A stretch of DNA of 32,000 nt, from contig NC_009483.1 in NCBI RefSeq assembly GCF_000016745.1, forward strand, positions 1,740,001 through 1,772,000, written 5' to 3'. The notes under the pieces are model-generated. The model did not search any database, was not told where the DNA came from, and worked only from the letters and a program-made list of their open reading frames with translations. Numbering within the stretch: the first letter of the stretch is position 1; each line of letters begins with the position of its first letter. This DNA comes from Geotalea uraniireducens Rf4 (GTDB lineage: Bacteria; Desulfobacterota; Desulfuromonadia; Geobacterales; Geobacteraceae). Both the position numbers and the translations under genes were made by a program. Positions 1 through 9,209 of this stretch are shown piece by piece.

Positions 1-21
1 ACGGAAGTGCTGTTTCCGGAT

Positions 22-1161
22 TTACTGCTGTTCACGCAGTCGTTCGATAATCCCCGGCAACACGTCCAGCACGTAATCCATTTCCGCTTCCGTGGTTCCC
101 CTCCCCAGGGAAAAACGGACCGAGCCCCTGGCCAGAGCCGGTTCGACCCCCATCGCCGCCAATACCGGCGAGGTTTTCAGGGTGCCGGAGCTGCAGGCGG
201 AACCGGAGGAGACGGCAACGCCGGCCAGATCCAGGTTCAAGAGGAGCGAGTCCGCTTCCAGACGGGGGAAGGAGAGGTTTGTCGTGGTCGGGAGGCGATT
301 TTCCGGGTGACCGTTAAGCCGCACATCCGGGAATTCAGTCAGGATCCCATGTTCCAGTCGGTCGCGCAAGGTCTTGAGACGTGACGATTCCGCGGCCATC
401 TCTGCCTTCGCTATCTCGCACGCTTTTCCAAGGGCGACGATGCCGGCGACGTTTTCAGTGCCGGCCCGGCGGTTGCGCTCCTGCGAGCCGCCATGGATCA
501 ACGGGTGGAGTTTGACCCCTTTCCTGACGATCAGGGCGCCGATCCCTTTCGGCGCACCTAGCTTGTGACCCGACAGTGCCAGCAGGCGAATGCCCATTTC
601 CCGGCAGTCTATCGGCGCCTTGCCGACGGCTTGCACTGCATCGCAATGGAAGTACACGCCGCGCCTCGCGGCGATTTCCCCGATCTCGGCTACCGGGAAG
701 AGCACGCCGGTCTCATTGTTGGCGAACATTGCCGAAACAAGGATGGTCTTTTCATTGATGGCCGCCTCAAGTTCGTCGAGGTCGACGATGCCGTGGCGGT
801 CCACACGCAGCCGGGTAATCTCGAACCCGTTGCTTTCCAGGTAGAGACAGGCATTCAAAACCGCCGGATGTTCCACCGCGGTGGTAATGATGTTGTTACC
901 CTTGCCGCGCAGGGCCGCTGCAACCCCCTTGACGGCCATGTTGTCCGCTTCGCTGCCGCAGGAGGTGAAGACCACCTCGACCGGATCGCAGCCGACCAGC
1001 GCCGCCACCTTTTCGCGGGCTTCTTCCAACGCCCCCTTGACCATGCGGCCGGCCCAGTGGATGCTGGAAGGGTTGCCGAAGCTTTCCTTGTAATAGGGGA
1101 GGAGCGCCTCCAACACATCCGGGTGAACCGGGGTTGTGGCGTTGTAGTCCATGTAGATCAT
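22..1161 (-). CDS. nifS: Cysteine desulfurase (NifS/IscS-type, class V PLP aminotransferase)
   Basis: 379-aa ORF. It has the PLP-lysine motif ALSGHKLGAPKG and the catalytic-Cys loop SSGSACSSG. It is the last gene of a cysE - Rrf2 - desulfurase string on the minus strand. Confidence 0.9.
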   Translation of the reverse strand: MIYMDYNATTPVHPDVLEALLPYYKESFGNPSSIHWAGRMVKGALEEAREKVAALVGCDPVEVVFTSCGSEADNMAVKGVAAALRGKGNNIITTAVEHPAVLNACLYLESNGFEITRLRVDRHGIVDLDELEAAINEKTILVSAMFANNETGVLFPVAEIGEIAARRGVYFHCDAVQAVGKAPIDCREMGIRLLALSGHKLGAPKGIGALIVRKGVKLHPLIHGGSQERNRRAGTENVAGIVALGKACEIAKAEMAAESSRLKTLRDRLEHGILTEFPDVRLNGHPENRLPTTTNLSFPRLEADSLLLNLDLAGVAVSSGSACSSGTLKTSPVLAAMGVEPALARGSVRFSLGRGTTEAEMDYVLDVLPGIIERLREQQ

Positions 1162-1217
1162 GCTGAACCTGTTGAATTGGTGAATGTTTAACTGTTGAGG
1201 AGGAACGGCGGAGTCTC

Positions 1218-1643
1218 TTAGCTTTCCAGCTTTTCCCGTGCCTCGTGGGTAAGGTCTTCAAGGGTGATGGCGTCGAGAAATCCCCTGATCCGCTCTCCCA
1301 GGTCTTTCCAGATGTTGTGGGTGACGCACCGGGAGACCCTCGAACAACCGGTGCTCCCTTCGTCCATGCAGGCTACAGGGCTGAGAGGTTCTTCGACGGT
1401 GACGACTATCTCACCCACCTTGATGAGGGCGCTGTTTCGCGCCAGGATATAGCCGCCGCCCGGTCCGCGGATGCTGGTGACGATCCCGCCGTTTTTCAGA
1501 CGGAAGAAAAGCTGCTCCAGGTAGCTCAGGGGGATATCTTCCCGCTGGGCTATTTCCTTGAGCGATACAGGTTTGTCCGTGGCGTAGAGGGAGAGGTCGA
1601 CCATGGCCCGCACAGCATACTGAGCTCTTGTTGACAAGCGCAT
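1218..1643 (-). CDS. Rrf2-family transcriptional regulator (IscR/CymR-like, probable Fe-S binding)
   Basis: 141-aa ORF with an Rrf2-type N-terminal winged helix (MRLSTRAQYAVRAMVDL). It has a clustered C-x7-C-x5-C (VACMDEGSTGCSRVSRC). There is a 4-nt gap to the cysE stop and 56 nt to nifS. Confidence 0.85.
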   Translation of the reverse strand: MRLSTRAQYAVRAMVDLSLYATDKPVSLKEIAQREDIPLSYLEQLFFRLKNGGIVTSIRGPGGGYILARNSALIKVGEIVVTVEEPLSPVACMDEGSTGCSRVSRCVTHNIWKDLGERIRGFLDAITLEDLTHEAREKLES

Positions 1644-1647
1644 GCCG

Positions 1648-2325
1648 TTATTTCCCTTCGTCGAGCCGTTTTTTCAGCTGCTCGTATTCGGTGGTAAGGG
1701 TCGATAATTTACGTTCCAGCTCCCGGATCTGGTCAAAGAGACAGGAGATGGCTTTCGCTTCCGGGTCGGGCAGCCGGCCGTGCTGCAGGTCCATCTTTTC
1801 CGTGGGCTTTTCCGTGGCCATGACCACGCGACCCGGTATGCCCACAACCGTTGAATTGGGCGGCACCTCTTTGACGACGACCGAATTCGAACCGATCTTG
1901 CTGTCCCGTCCGACAGTGAACGGCCCGAGAACCTTCGCGCCGGAACCTACCACCACGTTGTCCCCGAGGGTGGGGTGGCGTTTGGTCTTTTCCCAGCTCA
2001 CACCGCCAAGAGTTACCCCATGGTAAAGGGTCACGTTGTCGCCGATCTCGGCGGTCTCACCAATGACTACTCCCATGCCGTGATCGATAAAAAAGCCTTT
2101 GCCGATGGTTGCGCCGGGATGAATCTCTATGCCGGTAAAAAACCTTCCCATGTGGGAGCAGAAGCGGCCGAGGAAGAACAATTCATGCGTCCAGAGCCAG
2201 TGGGAAATTCTGTGAAACCAGATGGCATGCAGGCCCGGATAGCAGAAAAAGACCTCTAAAGCGCTTCTGGCTGCCGGGTCCCTGTCAAAGACGGCTTTAA
2301 TGTCCTGCTTTAATCTTGAAAACAT
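1648..2325 (-). CDS. cysE: Serine O-acetyltransferase
   Basis: The track ORF is 1648..2340. I moved the start to the ATG at 2325 (MFSRLKQD), which follows an AAAGGGGAG Shine-Dalgarno (SD). It has an N-terminal SATase region and hexapeptide repeats ([38 protein letters not shown]). Confidence 0.9.
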   Translation of the reverse strand: MFSRLKQDIKAVFDRDPAARSALEVFFCYPGLHAIWFHRISHWLWTHELFFLGRFCSHMGRFFTGIEIHPGATIGKGFFIDHGMGVVIGETAEIGDNVTLYHGVTLGGVSWEKTKRHPTLGDNVVVGSGAKVLGPFTVGRDSKIGSNSVVVKEVPPNSTVVGIPGRVVMATEKPTEKMDLQHGRLPDPEAKAISCLFDQIRELERKLSTLTTEYEQLKKRLDEGK

Positions 2326-2446
2326 CGGCTCCCCTTTCATGACTCCAGTAAATCGTGCCTAGAATTTTTACTAACATACCTTACTATTTTAGTCAATTAT
2401 TAAGTGGGAGAGAAATTGGGGGCCGAGCGGTGAAGTGCAAAAAACG

Positions 2447-4486
2447 TTATGAGCGGGATAAGGGGAGGGCAAAGCTGAACGTGCTTCCATGGTTGAGAGT
2501 GCTGTCAACCCACATCCTGCCGCTATGGGCGTCGACTATTCGCTTGCAGATGGCAAGGCCCAGGCCGCTCCCTTTCTTGGCGGAACTGTTAGTGGATTTC
2601 AGATGGTAGAATTCGTTGAATATCCTGGTTATGTAGTTTTCCGGAATCCCCTCGCCGGTGTCCGTAACGGAAACAAGAAGTTCTTCATCACAGACGGAAA
2701 CTGAAATGCCGATTTTCCCGCCGCTGGGGGTGAATTTGATGGCATTGCCGATCAGGTTGGTCAGAACGCATTGGATTTTCTTGCTGTCAAAAAACGCGGA
2801 GATATTGTCCTGCAAAGGTTCTACGCTCATTTGCAGGCCGTGCTGCCAAGCGAATGGGGCGAGGACCGTGTATACTTCCTGGATAGACTCCATGATATTT
2901 TTATCTTCACATGATAGTTCCAGTTCGCTGGAGTCGAAATTGGAATTGTCGAGCAGTTCTTCAATGAGGTCCATCAGGCGGTCGCAGCTGTCGATGGCGG
3001 AATCCAGATGCTCGCGCTGCATCTCGGTGAGGTTGTTCGTGTCCGAATCCCGGAGCTGCGAACAGTTGCTGTGGATAACGGCAACCGGCAGGCGAAGGTC
3101 GTTGGTGGCGGTATAGATAAATTCCGACTTTAGATGGTTGACCCCCTTGAGCCGTTCATTTGCCTCTGCCAGCTGATGCTGCGCCCTTCTTTCCTCTGTA
3201 ACATCCATGAACGTGAGAATGGCATAGTTCCCTTCGAGGCGGTAGTTGCTGACAGATACCGCTACGCAGCGTTTTTCCCCGCATTTGGTTTTAAAGAGGA
3301 GATCGTACTTATTCCTGAAATTACGACCGAGGAAAAAGTTCATATGGTTTTCCATCCCCACCTGGAAGCTTTCCTCGGCCAGGAAGTCCGTCAGCGTCAT
3401 TTTCAGCATCTGGTCCCGCTGGTAGCCGAGGATGTCGAGCGCGCTCCTGTTGACGTATACCGGTTCTCCTCGTGCATTCAAAACCATGAGTCCTTCCGAT
3501 GCATGCTCGAAAAGACTTTCGTAAACGGCTTTTTCCGCTAGCTCCTTTTCCAGTTTCTCCTTTATTTCCCGCAGCTCATCGGACTCTTCCAGAACCTTTT
3601 TAAACTGGGATGCGTTTTTTATGGCATTTGCCGAGGCATCGGCGACCAGTTGACAGAAACGGAGTTCGCGGCTGCTGAATGAATTCCTGTCGTTGGTGGT
3701 CCTGACCATCAGAGAACCGATTATCTCGTTCTGAGACAATATCGGGACGACCAGGATCGTGTCCAGGTCGATATCCGAAATATATTTTTTGACATCGTCG
3801 AGCAGCGGGTGGTGCTTGGCGTCTCTGATAACAAGGGCTTTGCGGGAGCGGATCACTTCCAGGAGTTCCGGGTAGCGTGACAGTTCAATGCGAATTCCCT
3901 TGGCTGAGGGGTTGTCGCTCGATGCCAGGACAAAACCGTACCCTTCTTCGCTAAACTTTACTATGGAACAACGTTTGACCTCAATGTGGTCTGCAATTTT
4001 CTTGACGATGATCTGGAGGATTTCCCGGGTGTCGAGTGTTGATGTGATAGTTTGTGAGATATCCAGGACTGTTTCCGCGTCCTTATTCTTCAGCTCCATC
4101 ATGGCAATGGCCTCACGCTTGAAAAGGTTGGCGCGGATCCTGGCCAGGAGTTCCTTGTCGGAAAAAGGCTTGGTGATGTAATCATCGATTCCGGCGGCGA
4201 AAGCCGCAAGGAGGTTGTCCTTTTCTTTTGAGGCGGTAATCACGATCACGGGAATCGTGGCAGTGTGCATATCCTGTTTGATTCGCCTGCAGGCCTCAAC
4301 GCCGTCCATCTCCGGCATTACCAGGTCCATCAGGATAATGTCCGGCATGAATTCCTGGGCTTTCGAGACTGCTGAAGCCCCGTTGGTCGCCTCTTCGATG
4401 ACATAATGCAGCGGGGCGAGGGTGTCCCGCAGCATTTGCAATGCGAATTTCTGATCGTCGACTATGAGGATTTTATTTGCTTTCAT
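2447..4486 (-). CDS. Hybrid sensor protein REC-GAF-PAS-HisKA(degenerate)-HATPase_c
   Basis: The receiver domain is at the N-terminus (KILIVDD, IILMDLVMPEMDG, KP). A GAF-like and a PAS-like middle region follow. The ATPase boxes are intact (NLIGNAIKFT, DTGEGIP, GSGLGLAICKRIV). The H-box reads KSEFIYTATNDLRLPV where SHELRTPL is expected. The track start is a GTG at 4495; the ATG at 4486 (MKANKILIVDD) is more typical. Confidence 0.85.
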   Translation of the reverse strand: MKANKILIVDDQKFALQMLRDTLAPLHYVIEEATNGASAVSKAQEFMPDIILMDLVMPEMDGVEACRRIKQDMHTATIPVIVITASKEKDNLLAAFAAGIDDYITKPFSDKELLARIRANLFKREAIAMMELKNKDAETVLDISQTITSTLDTREILQIIVKKIADHIEVKRCSIVKFSEEGYGFVLASSDNPSAKGIRIELSRYPELLEVIRSRKALVIRDAKHHPLLDDVKKYISDIDLDTILVVPILSQNEIIGSLMVRTTNDRNSFSSRELRFCQLVADASANAIKNASQFKKVLEESDELREIKEKLEKELAEKAVYESLFEHASEGLMVLNARGEPVYVNRSALDILGYQRDQMLKMTLTDFLAEESFQVGMENHMNFFLGRNFRNKYDLLFKTKCGEKRCVAVSVSNYRLEGNYAILTFMDVTEERRAQHQLAEANERLKGVNHLKSEFIYTATNDLRLPVAVIHSNCSQLRDSDTNNLTEMQREHLDSAIDSCDRLMDLIEELLDNSNFDSSELELSCEDKNIMESIQEVYTVLAPFAWQHGLQMSVEPLQDNISAFFDSKKIQCVLTNLIGNAIKFTPSGGKIGISVSVCDEELLVSVTDTGEGIPENYITRIFNEFYHLKSTNSSAKKGSGLGLAICKRIVDAHSGRMWVDSTLNHGSTFSFALPLSRS

Positions 4487-4743
4487 TGCATGCACCCAAA
4501 GTGAAACAGCAAATTACATACCAGTATCAATAATAATTCAGAGGGTGAATGGGGTATAATTAAGCTTGGGCACAGGAGGCTTTTACTCGATATGGATGAA
4601 CATTGCTCCTGATACGGTAAATTAATGAAAATGCAGCTGTTTTGCCGTCTGTTGTTTATATAAATATGTCGATAGTTCACTCGATATATCTATGCAAGTC
4701 ACAAGAGTATATCGTAGATTCTCCGTGAAACAACCGACATGAT

Positions 4744-6009
4744 TTAGAGATTTGTCTGCATTCTTTGCAGTATCTCCAGCTCTTCTTTGATTCCTTCTGC
4801 CGGCTGTTCACCCGCCCTTTGCAGAAGCGCCGGCATTGTTTCCTCCGCTTTGCAGCGTGGATAATCGGTTGCAGAAAGGTGGTGGATCAGTTTCATGGTT
4901 CTGAGTCCGTCGAACCAGCCGTGGAAGGCCGTCATTGTCGCCCGGTCATTTTTGTTGTTCACCCGCAGCTTCTCCCATGCCGCGGCAAAGCCGATGCTTT
5001 CCAGGTATCCGGCAAGTTGCGGGGAGATTTCCGCTGAACCGGTCAAAAGCTCCACGCCGTCCAGCCCGGTGTTATGCATGACCATTTCCAGCCAATCCTT
5101 GAGGACCAGGAAGCATTCCGGCCGGTAAAACCTGATGGCGTCGTCATCGCCGGCCAGGACCCGGGAGATTGAGCGGCCGGTGCCGAAGGGGACCCGGTGG
5201 GAGGCCCTGGCCGAGGGGTAGACCACTGTGCCCCTGACCTGCGCCACCCCTGAAGTCCGATGCAACTGCTGGAGGAAATAAAAATCCTCTCCCGCGGCAC
5301 GGCTGTTCATACCCCCCATGCGTGCATAGGCCGAGGCGCGGCAAGCCATGGCGCTTCCTACCGTGTGGAAGGCGTATGGTGACCCGGCAAGCTCAAGTCC
5401 CAGCACATAGCCGCGGAGAAACAGTTCGTAATGGTCGATGGCCTGCTGCTCTTCTGTTGAAGATCCGGCCTGGTGCCGGAAGGGGATCACCGCGCCTCCT
5501 GCGCGTGATGTTTCGAAGTGATGGACAAGGGCTGGGAGGTAATCGGGGCGGACCAGGGTGTCGGCGTCAAGATAGACGAGAAGCGGATCGGCCGCATGGT
5601 AATCGAGGCACGGCAGAGCCAGGTCGGCGCCGATTTTCCTCGCCAGACCGACCCCACCTCCCTTGATCGGCATTTCCAAACCCGGCGAGGCAGCGTCAAC
5701 CCAGGCGAGGTGCATCTTTGCCAGGGCAGGATCGGTTACGGCCAGGCGCTTCAGGGTGACATTATTATCCGTCTTGTCTTGTCGGGAGGCATCTGCCCGG
5801 TGGTTGACCACTACCATCACCAGGAACCGGTCGAGGCGTTCCGGCGGGTTTTCCGCCAAAGAGCGGAGTGTTGTAAAAAGGCGGGAGCTTTCTGCCAGGG
5901 CGGGAATCAACACGGCCCCTGCAAAGGTGCGGTGAACGGGCACCGCTATTTTCCAGGGGGCGCTAATCGCGCGCTTTATCAGGTATTGAGAGATATTGGC
6001 AGGTATCAT
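4744..6009 (-). CDS. Putative GT-A fold (family 2-like) glycosyltransferase
   Basis: The track ORF starts at a TTG at 6051; I prefer the ATG at 6009 (MIPANISQ). It has a DxD-type motif (LVYLDADTLVRPDY) and a GEDFYFLQQL segment. The family assignment is by eye only. Confidence 0.5.
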   Translation of the reverse strand: MIPANISQYLIKRAISAPWKIAVPVHRTFAGAVLIPALAESSRLFTTLRSLAENPPERLDRFLVMVVVNHRADASRQDKTDNNVTLKRLAVTDPALAKMHLAWVDAASPGLEMPIKGGGVGLARKIGADLALPCLDYHAADPLLVYLDADTLVRPDYLPALVHHFETSRAGGAVIPFRHQAGSSTEEQQAIDHYELFLRGYVLGLELAGSPYAFHTVGSAMACRASAYARMGGMNSRAAGEDFYFLQQLHRTSGVAQVRGTVVYPSARASHRVPFGTGRSISRVLAGDDDAIRFYRPECFLVLKDWLEMVMHNTGLDGVELLTGSAEISPQLAGYLESIGFAAAWEKLRVNNKNDRATMTAFHGWFDGLRTMKLIHHLSATDYPRCKAEETMPALLQRAGEQPAEGIKEELEILQRMQTNL

Positions 6010-6051
6010 GGGACTATCTGTGGGTAGAGAGCATGGCGGTCGGCAAATCAA

Positions 6052-6199
6052 TTAATCCCAAAAACGGCTGTTAGCCACGAATGACACGAATAAACACGAA
6101 TGTTATTAACCCCTTGTTATGTCTTGAGTAGTCAGCAGTCTGGTGAGTGTCTTCTGCATCAGAAGAGCTTATATATTTGTGCAAATTCGTGAAAATTCG
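6052..6199. repeat. Palindromic repeat element E1, part upstream of the intron
   Basis: The outer arm TTAATCCCAAAAACGGCTGTTAGCCACGAAT is the imperfect inverse of the sequence after the intron (ATTCG|TGGCTAAAATGCTTTTTATAGG). It carries three CACGAAT subrepeats at 6075-6104. The whole element recurs reverse-complemented at 18822-18950 plus 21024-21052. Confidence 0.65.
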
Positions 6200-6767
6200 G
6201 TACGCCAGGCCAAGCCTGGCTGATCTATCTGACTGAAAAGTGTCAGACATGTAAATTGCTCGTTCACCATGTAGTCGCGGTCTGTCACGAGAGGGTAACC
6301 AAACGTGGGGAGTAAGACCGGTTCTTTGTAAGAAAAGAGCGAAGGGTACGATAACTACCCTGACGACGAAGACGCGAGCCCAGCGCAAGCGAACCCGTTT
6401 CGGCCTCGTTACACGTAGTTGACAGTGGCCAACCTTCCGAATGTGGTGAAGCCTGCCACCCACCGGTGATAAACGAGCGAAAGAACCGGTGGGACTGTCC
6501 GGGGTGATTGGGGAGGGCGCGTGTCGAAAGATCAGCCGAGGAACCTGGGAGGTCCGACGTAATTCCCAAAGCGAAAGGGTTTCGCCGAAGGGAGAACGCC
6601 GACGGGGAATCAATAACCCGCCAAGCGTGTACGGTCGGAATTCGGAGCGGCCCATAGTAGCCGGGAAGCGGGGTAATGCCCGTGGAGCCAAGGGGCCGTA
6701 CTTCAGTCATGTTTACACGGAAAGAGAGGAGACCCGCTTGAGCGACAGACGCTCCATAACGGAATGG

Positions 6768-8072
6768 ATGGCCGAAGGATTCGAACCTGAACCCGGACTG
6801 CCGGTAAAAGTCTCCCTTCTGCGGTGGAAACTGAGCAGCAAGGCCAAACGAGAACCGCAGTTCCGGTTCTATGCCCTTTACGACCGAATCCATCGTCGTG
6901 ATGTACTTGAAACGGCGTGGTTGCGAGTAAAGGCGAACAAGGGCGCGCCGGGAGTCGATGGTGTCAGCATTGAATCCATCGAGGTGCGGGCAGACGGAAT
7001 ATCCGGCTATCTTGACGAAATTCAAGAAAGCCTGAGAACCAAAAACTACAAACCATCCCCGGTGCGTCGCGTCTACATCACCAAGCCCAACGGCAAACTG
7101 CGCCCGCTCGGCATACCGTGCGTGCGGGACAGAATTGTACAGGCAGCCGTACTCCTTATCCTCGAACCGATATTTGAGGTGGACTTTCTCGACTGCTCCC
7201 ATGGATTTCGTCCCAAAAGGCGTCCCCATGGAGCCCTCGACCAAGTCGGTAATAACCTCCAACTCGGACGGCAGGAAGTGTATGACGCGGATCTTTCGAG
7301 CTACTTTGACAGCATCCCCCACGAGCACCTGATAGTAGAACTTGAGCGGCGCATAGCCGACCGGAGTGTCCTCAAACTGATCCGGCAATGGCTTCACAGT
7401 CCGGTAGTAGAAGAAGACGGCAGCATCAGCCGTCCCAAACAAGGGACGCCACAAGGCGGGGTAATATCTCCCCTTCTTGCCAACATCTACCTTCACCGGC
7501 TCGACCGGGCCTTTCACGAAGAAGCAGACAGCCCCTACCACTTCGCCAGAGCGCGCATGGTACGGTTTGCCGACGACTTCGTAGTAATGGCCAGACACAT
7601 GGGCAATCGCATAACCGGATGGCTGGAAGAGAAACTCGAAACAGACCTTGGACTCAGCATCAACCGTGACAAAACCGGTATTGTCAGAATGAACAAGAAA
7701 GAGAGCCTGAACTTTCTGGGATTCACCCTCCGCTATGACCGTGACCTGCGGGGCAGAGATTGGGATTATCTCAACATCATGCCGAGTAAGAAGGCCATAG
7801 GAGCACTCAAGGGAAAAATCCGGGAGAAGACCCGAAGCGGATACAAAAAGCCGCTTGTCGAAGCAATTGCCGAGGTAAACAGCATCCTTCGCGGATGGGG
7901 CAACTACTTCGACTACGGGTATCCCCGGAAAGTATTTCGAGACGTGAATCATTACACGAGGACTCGCTTTCGAATATTTCTGAACAATCGGAGCCAAAGG
8001 CGGAGCAAACCCTTCAGGGCAGGTGAAAGCCTGTATGCCGGACTTAAGCGATATGGTCTGGTTTACCTGTAA
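6768..8072 (+). CDS. Group II intron-encoded reverse transcriptase/maturase (no endonuclease domain)
   Basis: 434 aa counted from the ATG at 6768 ([10 protein letters not shown]). The track ORF extends upstream to 6489 through ribozyme sequence. Motifs: [50 protein letters not shown] (YADD variant), and maturase X motif RGWGNYF. The protein ends shortly after X, so there is no HNH/En domain. Confidence 0.92.
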   Translation: MAEGFEPEPGLPVKVSLLRWKLSSKAKREPQFRFYALYDRIHRRDVLETAWLRVKANKGAPGVDGVSIESIEVRADGISGYLDEIQESLRTKNYKPSPVRRVYITKPNGKLRPLGIPCVRDRIVQAAVLLILEPIFEVDFLDCSHGFRPKRRPHGALDQVGNNLQLGRQEVYDADLSSYFDSIPHEHLIVELERRIADRSVLKLIRQWLHSPVVEEDGSISRPKQGTPQGGVISPLLANIYLHRLDRAFHEEADSPYHFARARMVRFADDFVVMARHMGNRITGWLEEKLETDLGLSINRDKTGIVRMNKKESLNFLGFTLRYDRDLRGRDWDYLNIMPSKKAIGALKGKIREKTRSGYKKPLVEAIAEVNSILRGWGNYFDYGYPRKVFRDVNHYTRTRFRIFLNNRSQRRSKPFRAGESLYAGLKRYGLVYL

Positions 8073-8123
8073 CAGCAAAGCCACAACTCCTCAATAATGC
8101 CGTGCAGCAAGAGGCTGATAGGT

Positions 8124-8272
8124 AAGCCGTATGCGGGAAATCCGCACGTACGGTTTGACGAGGGGGAGCTGGTTAAGGCAACTATGGTAAGGCTACTTAG
8201 GCACCGCCAAACGAAAGGGGCGGAAACGGACAAGCCAAACCTAATGATGTCGTAACCTGCTTCCTACTCTAC
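8124..8272 (+). ncRNA. Group II intron domains V and VI (ribozyme core and branch site)
   Basis: Domain V is AAGCCGTATGCGGGAAATCCGCACGTACGGTTT (8124-8156), with an AGC triad, a 2-nt bulge region and a GAAA loop. In domain VI, 8160-8169 GAGGGGGAGC pairs with 8259-8269 GCTTCCTACTC, leaving A8266 bulged 6 nt before the 3' end. An 89-nt insertion (8170-8258) extends domain VI. Confidence 0.7.
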
Positions 8273-8295
8273 TGGCTAAAATGCTTTTTATAGGT
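8273..8295. repeat. Palindromic repeat element E1, arm downstream of the intron
   Basis: TGGCTAAAATGCTTTTTATAGG is the exact reverse complement of 18822-18843. It abuts the miaA stop codon at 8296. Confidence 0.6.
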
Positions 8296-9201
8296 TCATC
8301 GTGGAATGGCGTTGAGCCGCAGGATTTCCTGCGCCTCCTTGAGCGGGTCGCCATCCCCTTCCAGCCAGTGGATCACCGTGCCGTGCCGCTCCATGCGGCG
8401 GAACCAGTTGTCCTGGCGCTTGGCGAAGTCGTGAATGGCGCTGTTCAGCTTCTGGAACATGTCGTTGCGGTTCAGCTCCCCCTTGAGGTACTTTGCCACG
8501 AAACGATATTCCAGACCGTAGAATTCCAGGGTTTCATAGGGGATGCCCGATCGGTGGAGCTGTTCGATTTCATCGATCATTCCCTGCTCCAACCGTGCCT
8601 TCAGCCGGTCGGTAATCCGCTGCCGAAGGACCGGCCGTTCCCAGCGGATGCCGAAGATCAGCGGCGCCAGTTCCGGCAGAGGGAGAGGTTCGCGGGAGTC
8701 TTCATACTCGGCGATCTCGATGGCCCGCACCAGGCGGCCGCGTTCAAGCAGATCGGTGGTGTTGTGCAGGCGGGGATTTGCGCCTTTCAGGCGCTCAGCC
8801 AGCTCCTCATCGGAAAAGGTAGAAAGTTCCCGGCGCAGATCGGCATTTTCAGGTACTTCGACAAACCGGTATCGATTCAGCACCGCTTCCAGGTACATGC
8901 CGGTTCCACCCACCATGACCGGCAGTCTGCCCCGGTTGACGATATGGGCGAATGCCCGCTGAAAGCAGCGTTGGAATTCGAAGACGTTGAACTCGAAACC
9001 CGGATCGACAATGTCGATGATGTGGTAGGGAATATCTCCGTACTCGGCTAGATCCTTGCCGGTGCCGATGTCCATTCCCCGGTAAACCTGCCGCGAGTCG
9101 GCGGAGATGATTTCGCCGGAAAGGCGGCGGGCAAGCTCAACACCCAGTTGCGTTTTGCCTGATGCGGTGGGGCCCAGTATGACGAGGAGGTTGCAGGACA
9201 T
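8296..9201 (-). CDS. miaA: tRNA dimethylallyltransferase
   Basis: 301 aa with P-loop GPTASGKT, then SADSRQVYRGMDIGTGK and the rest of the typical IPP-transferase sequence. Confidence 0.93.
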   Translation of the reverse strand: MSCNLLVILGPTASGKTQLGVELARRLSGEIISADSRQVYRGMDIGTGKDLAEYGDIPYHIIDIVDPGFEFNVFEFQRCFQRAFAHIVNRGRLPVMVGGTGMYLEAVLNRYRFVEVPENADLRRELSTFSDEELAERLKGANPRLHNTTDLLERGRLVRAIEIAEYEDSREPLPLPELAPLIFGIRWERPVLRQRITDRLKARLEQGMIDEIEQLHRSGIPYETLEFYGLEYRFVAKYLKGELNRNDMFQKLNSAIHDFAKRQDNWFRRMERHGTVIHWLEGDGDPLKEAQEILRLNAIPR

Positions 9202-9209
9202 CGGTACGG

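Larger units (their letters stand above)
6200..8272 (+). mobile_element. Group II intron, copy 1 (2073 nt)
   Basis: It contains an RT/maturase ORF in domain IV position. Domain V is recognisable and domain VI has a bulged A. It ends in AC. It has a 2073-nt repeat at 18951-21023 with 2 differences. The boundaries come from where the exons rejoin into a perfect 12-bp inverted repeat (ATTCG+TGGCTAA versus TTAGCCACGAAT). Confidence 0.9.

Noticed and set aside
2341-2446. IscR/Rrf2 operator upstream of cysE.
   Set aside because: Only direct TAGTAA repeats and a TTGACT hexamer are visible. There is no palindrome resembling known Rrf2 sites, so the evidence is too weak to call.
6076-6199. Apparent invertible DNA switch: the roughly 125 bp upstream of the intron is inverted between the two copies.
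   Set aside because: The inverted segments are only about 85 percent identical, with indels, and the outer flanking arms are swapped as well. These are therefore two diverged copies of a whole palindromic element in opposite orientation, not a site-specific inversion of one locus. No invertase gene is nearby.
6285-8084. 599-aa minus-strand ORF (and its twin at 19036-20835, plus the 206/201-aa ORFs at 6071-6691 and 18837-19442).
   Set aside because: They run antisense to the intron RT/maturase and ribozyme. The plus-strand frame carries all RT motifs. These ORFs have no recognisable motifs, and they are long only because the repeat lacks stops on that strand.
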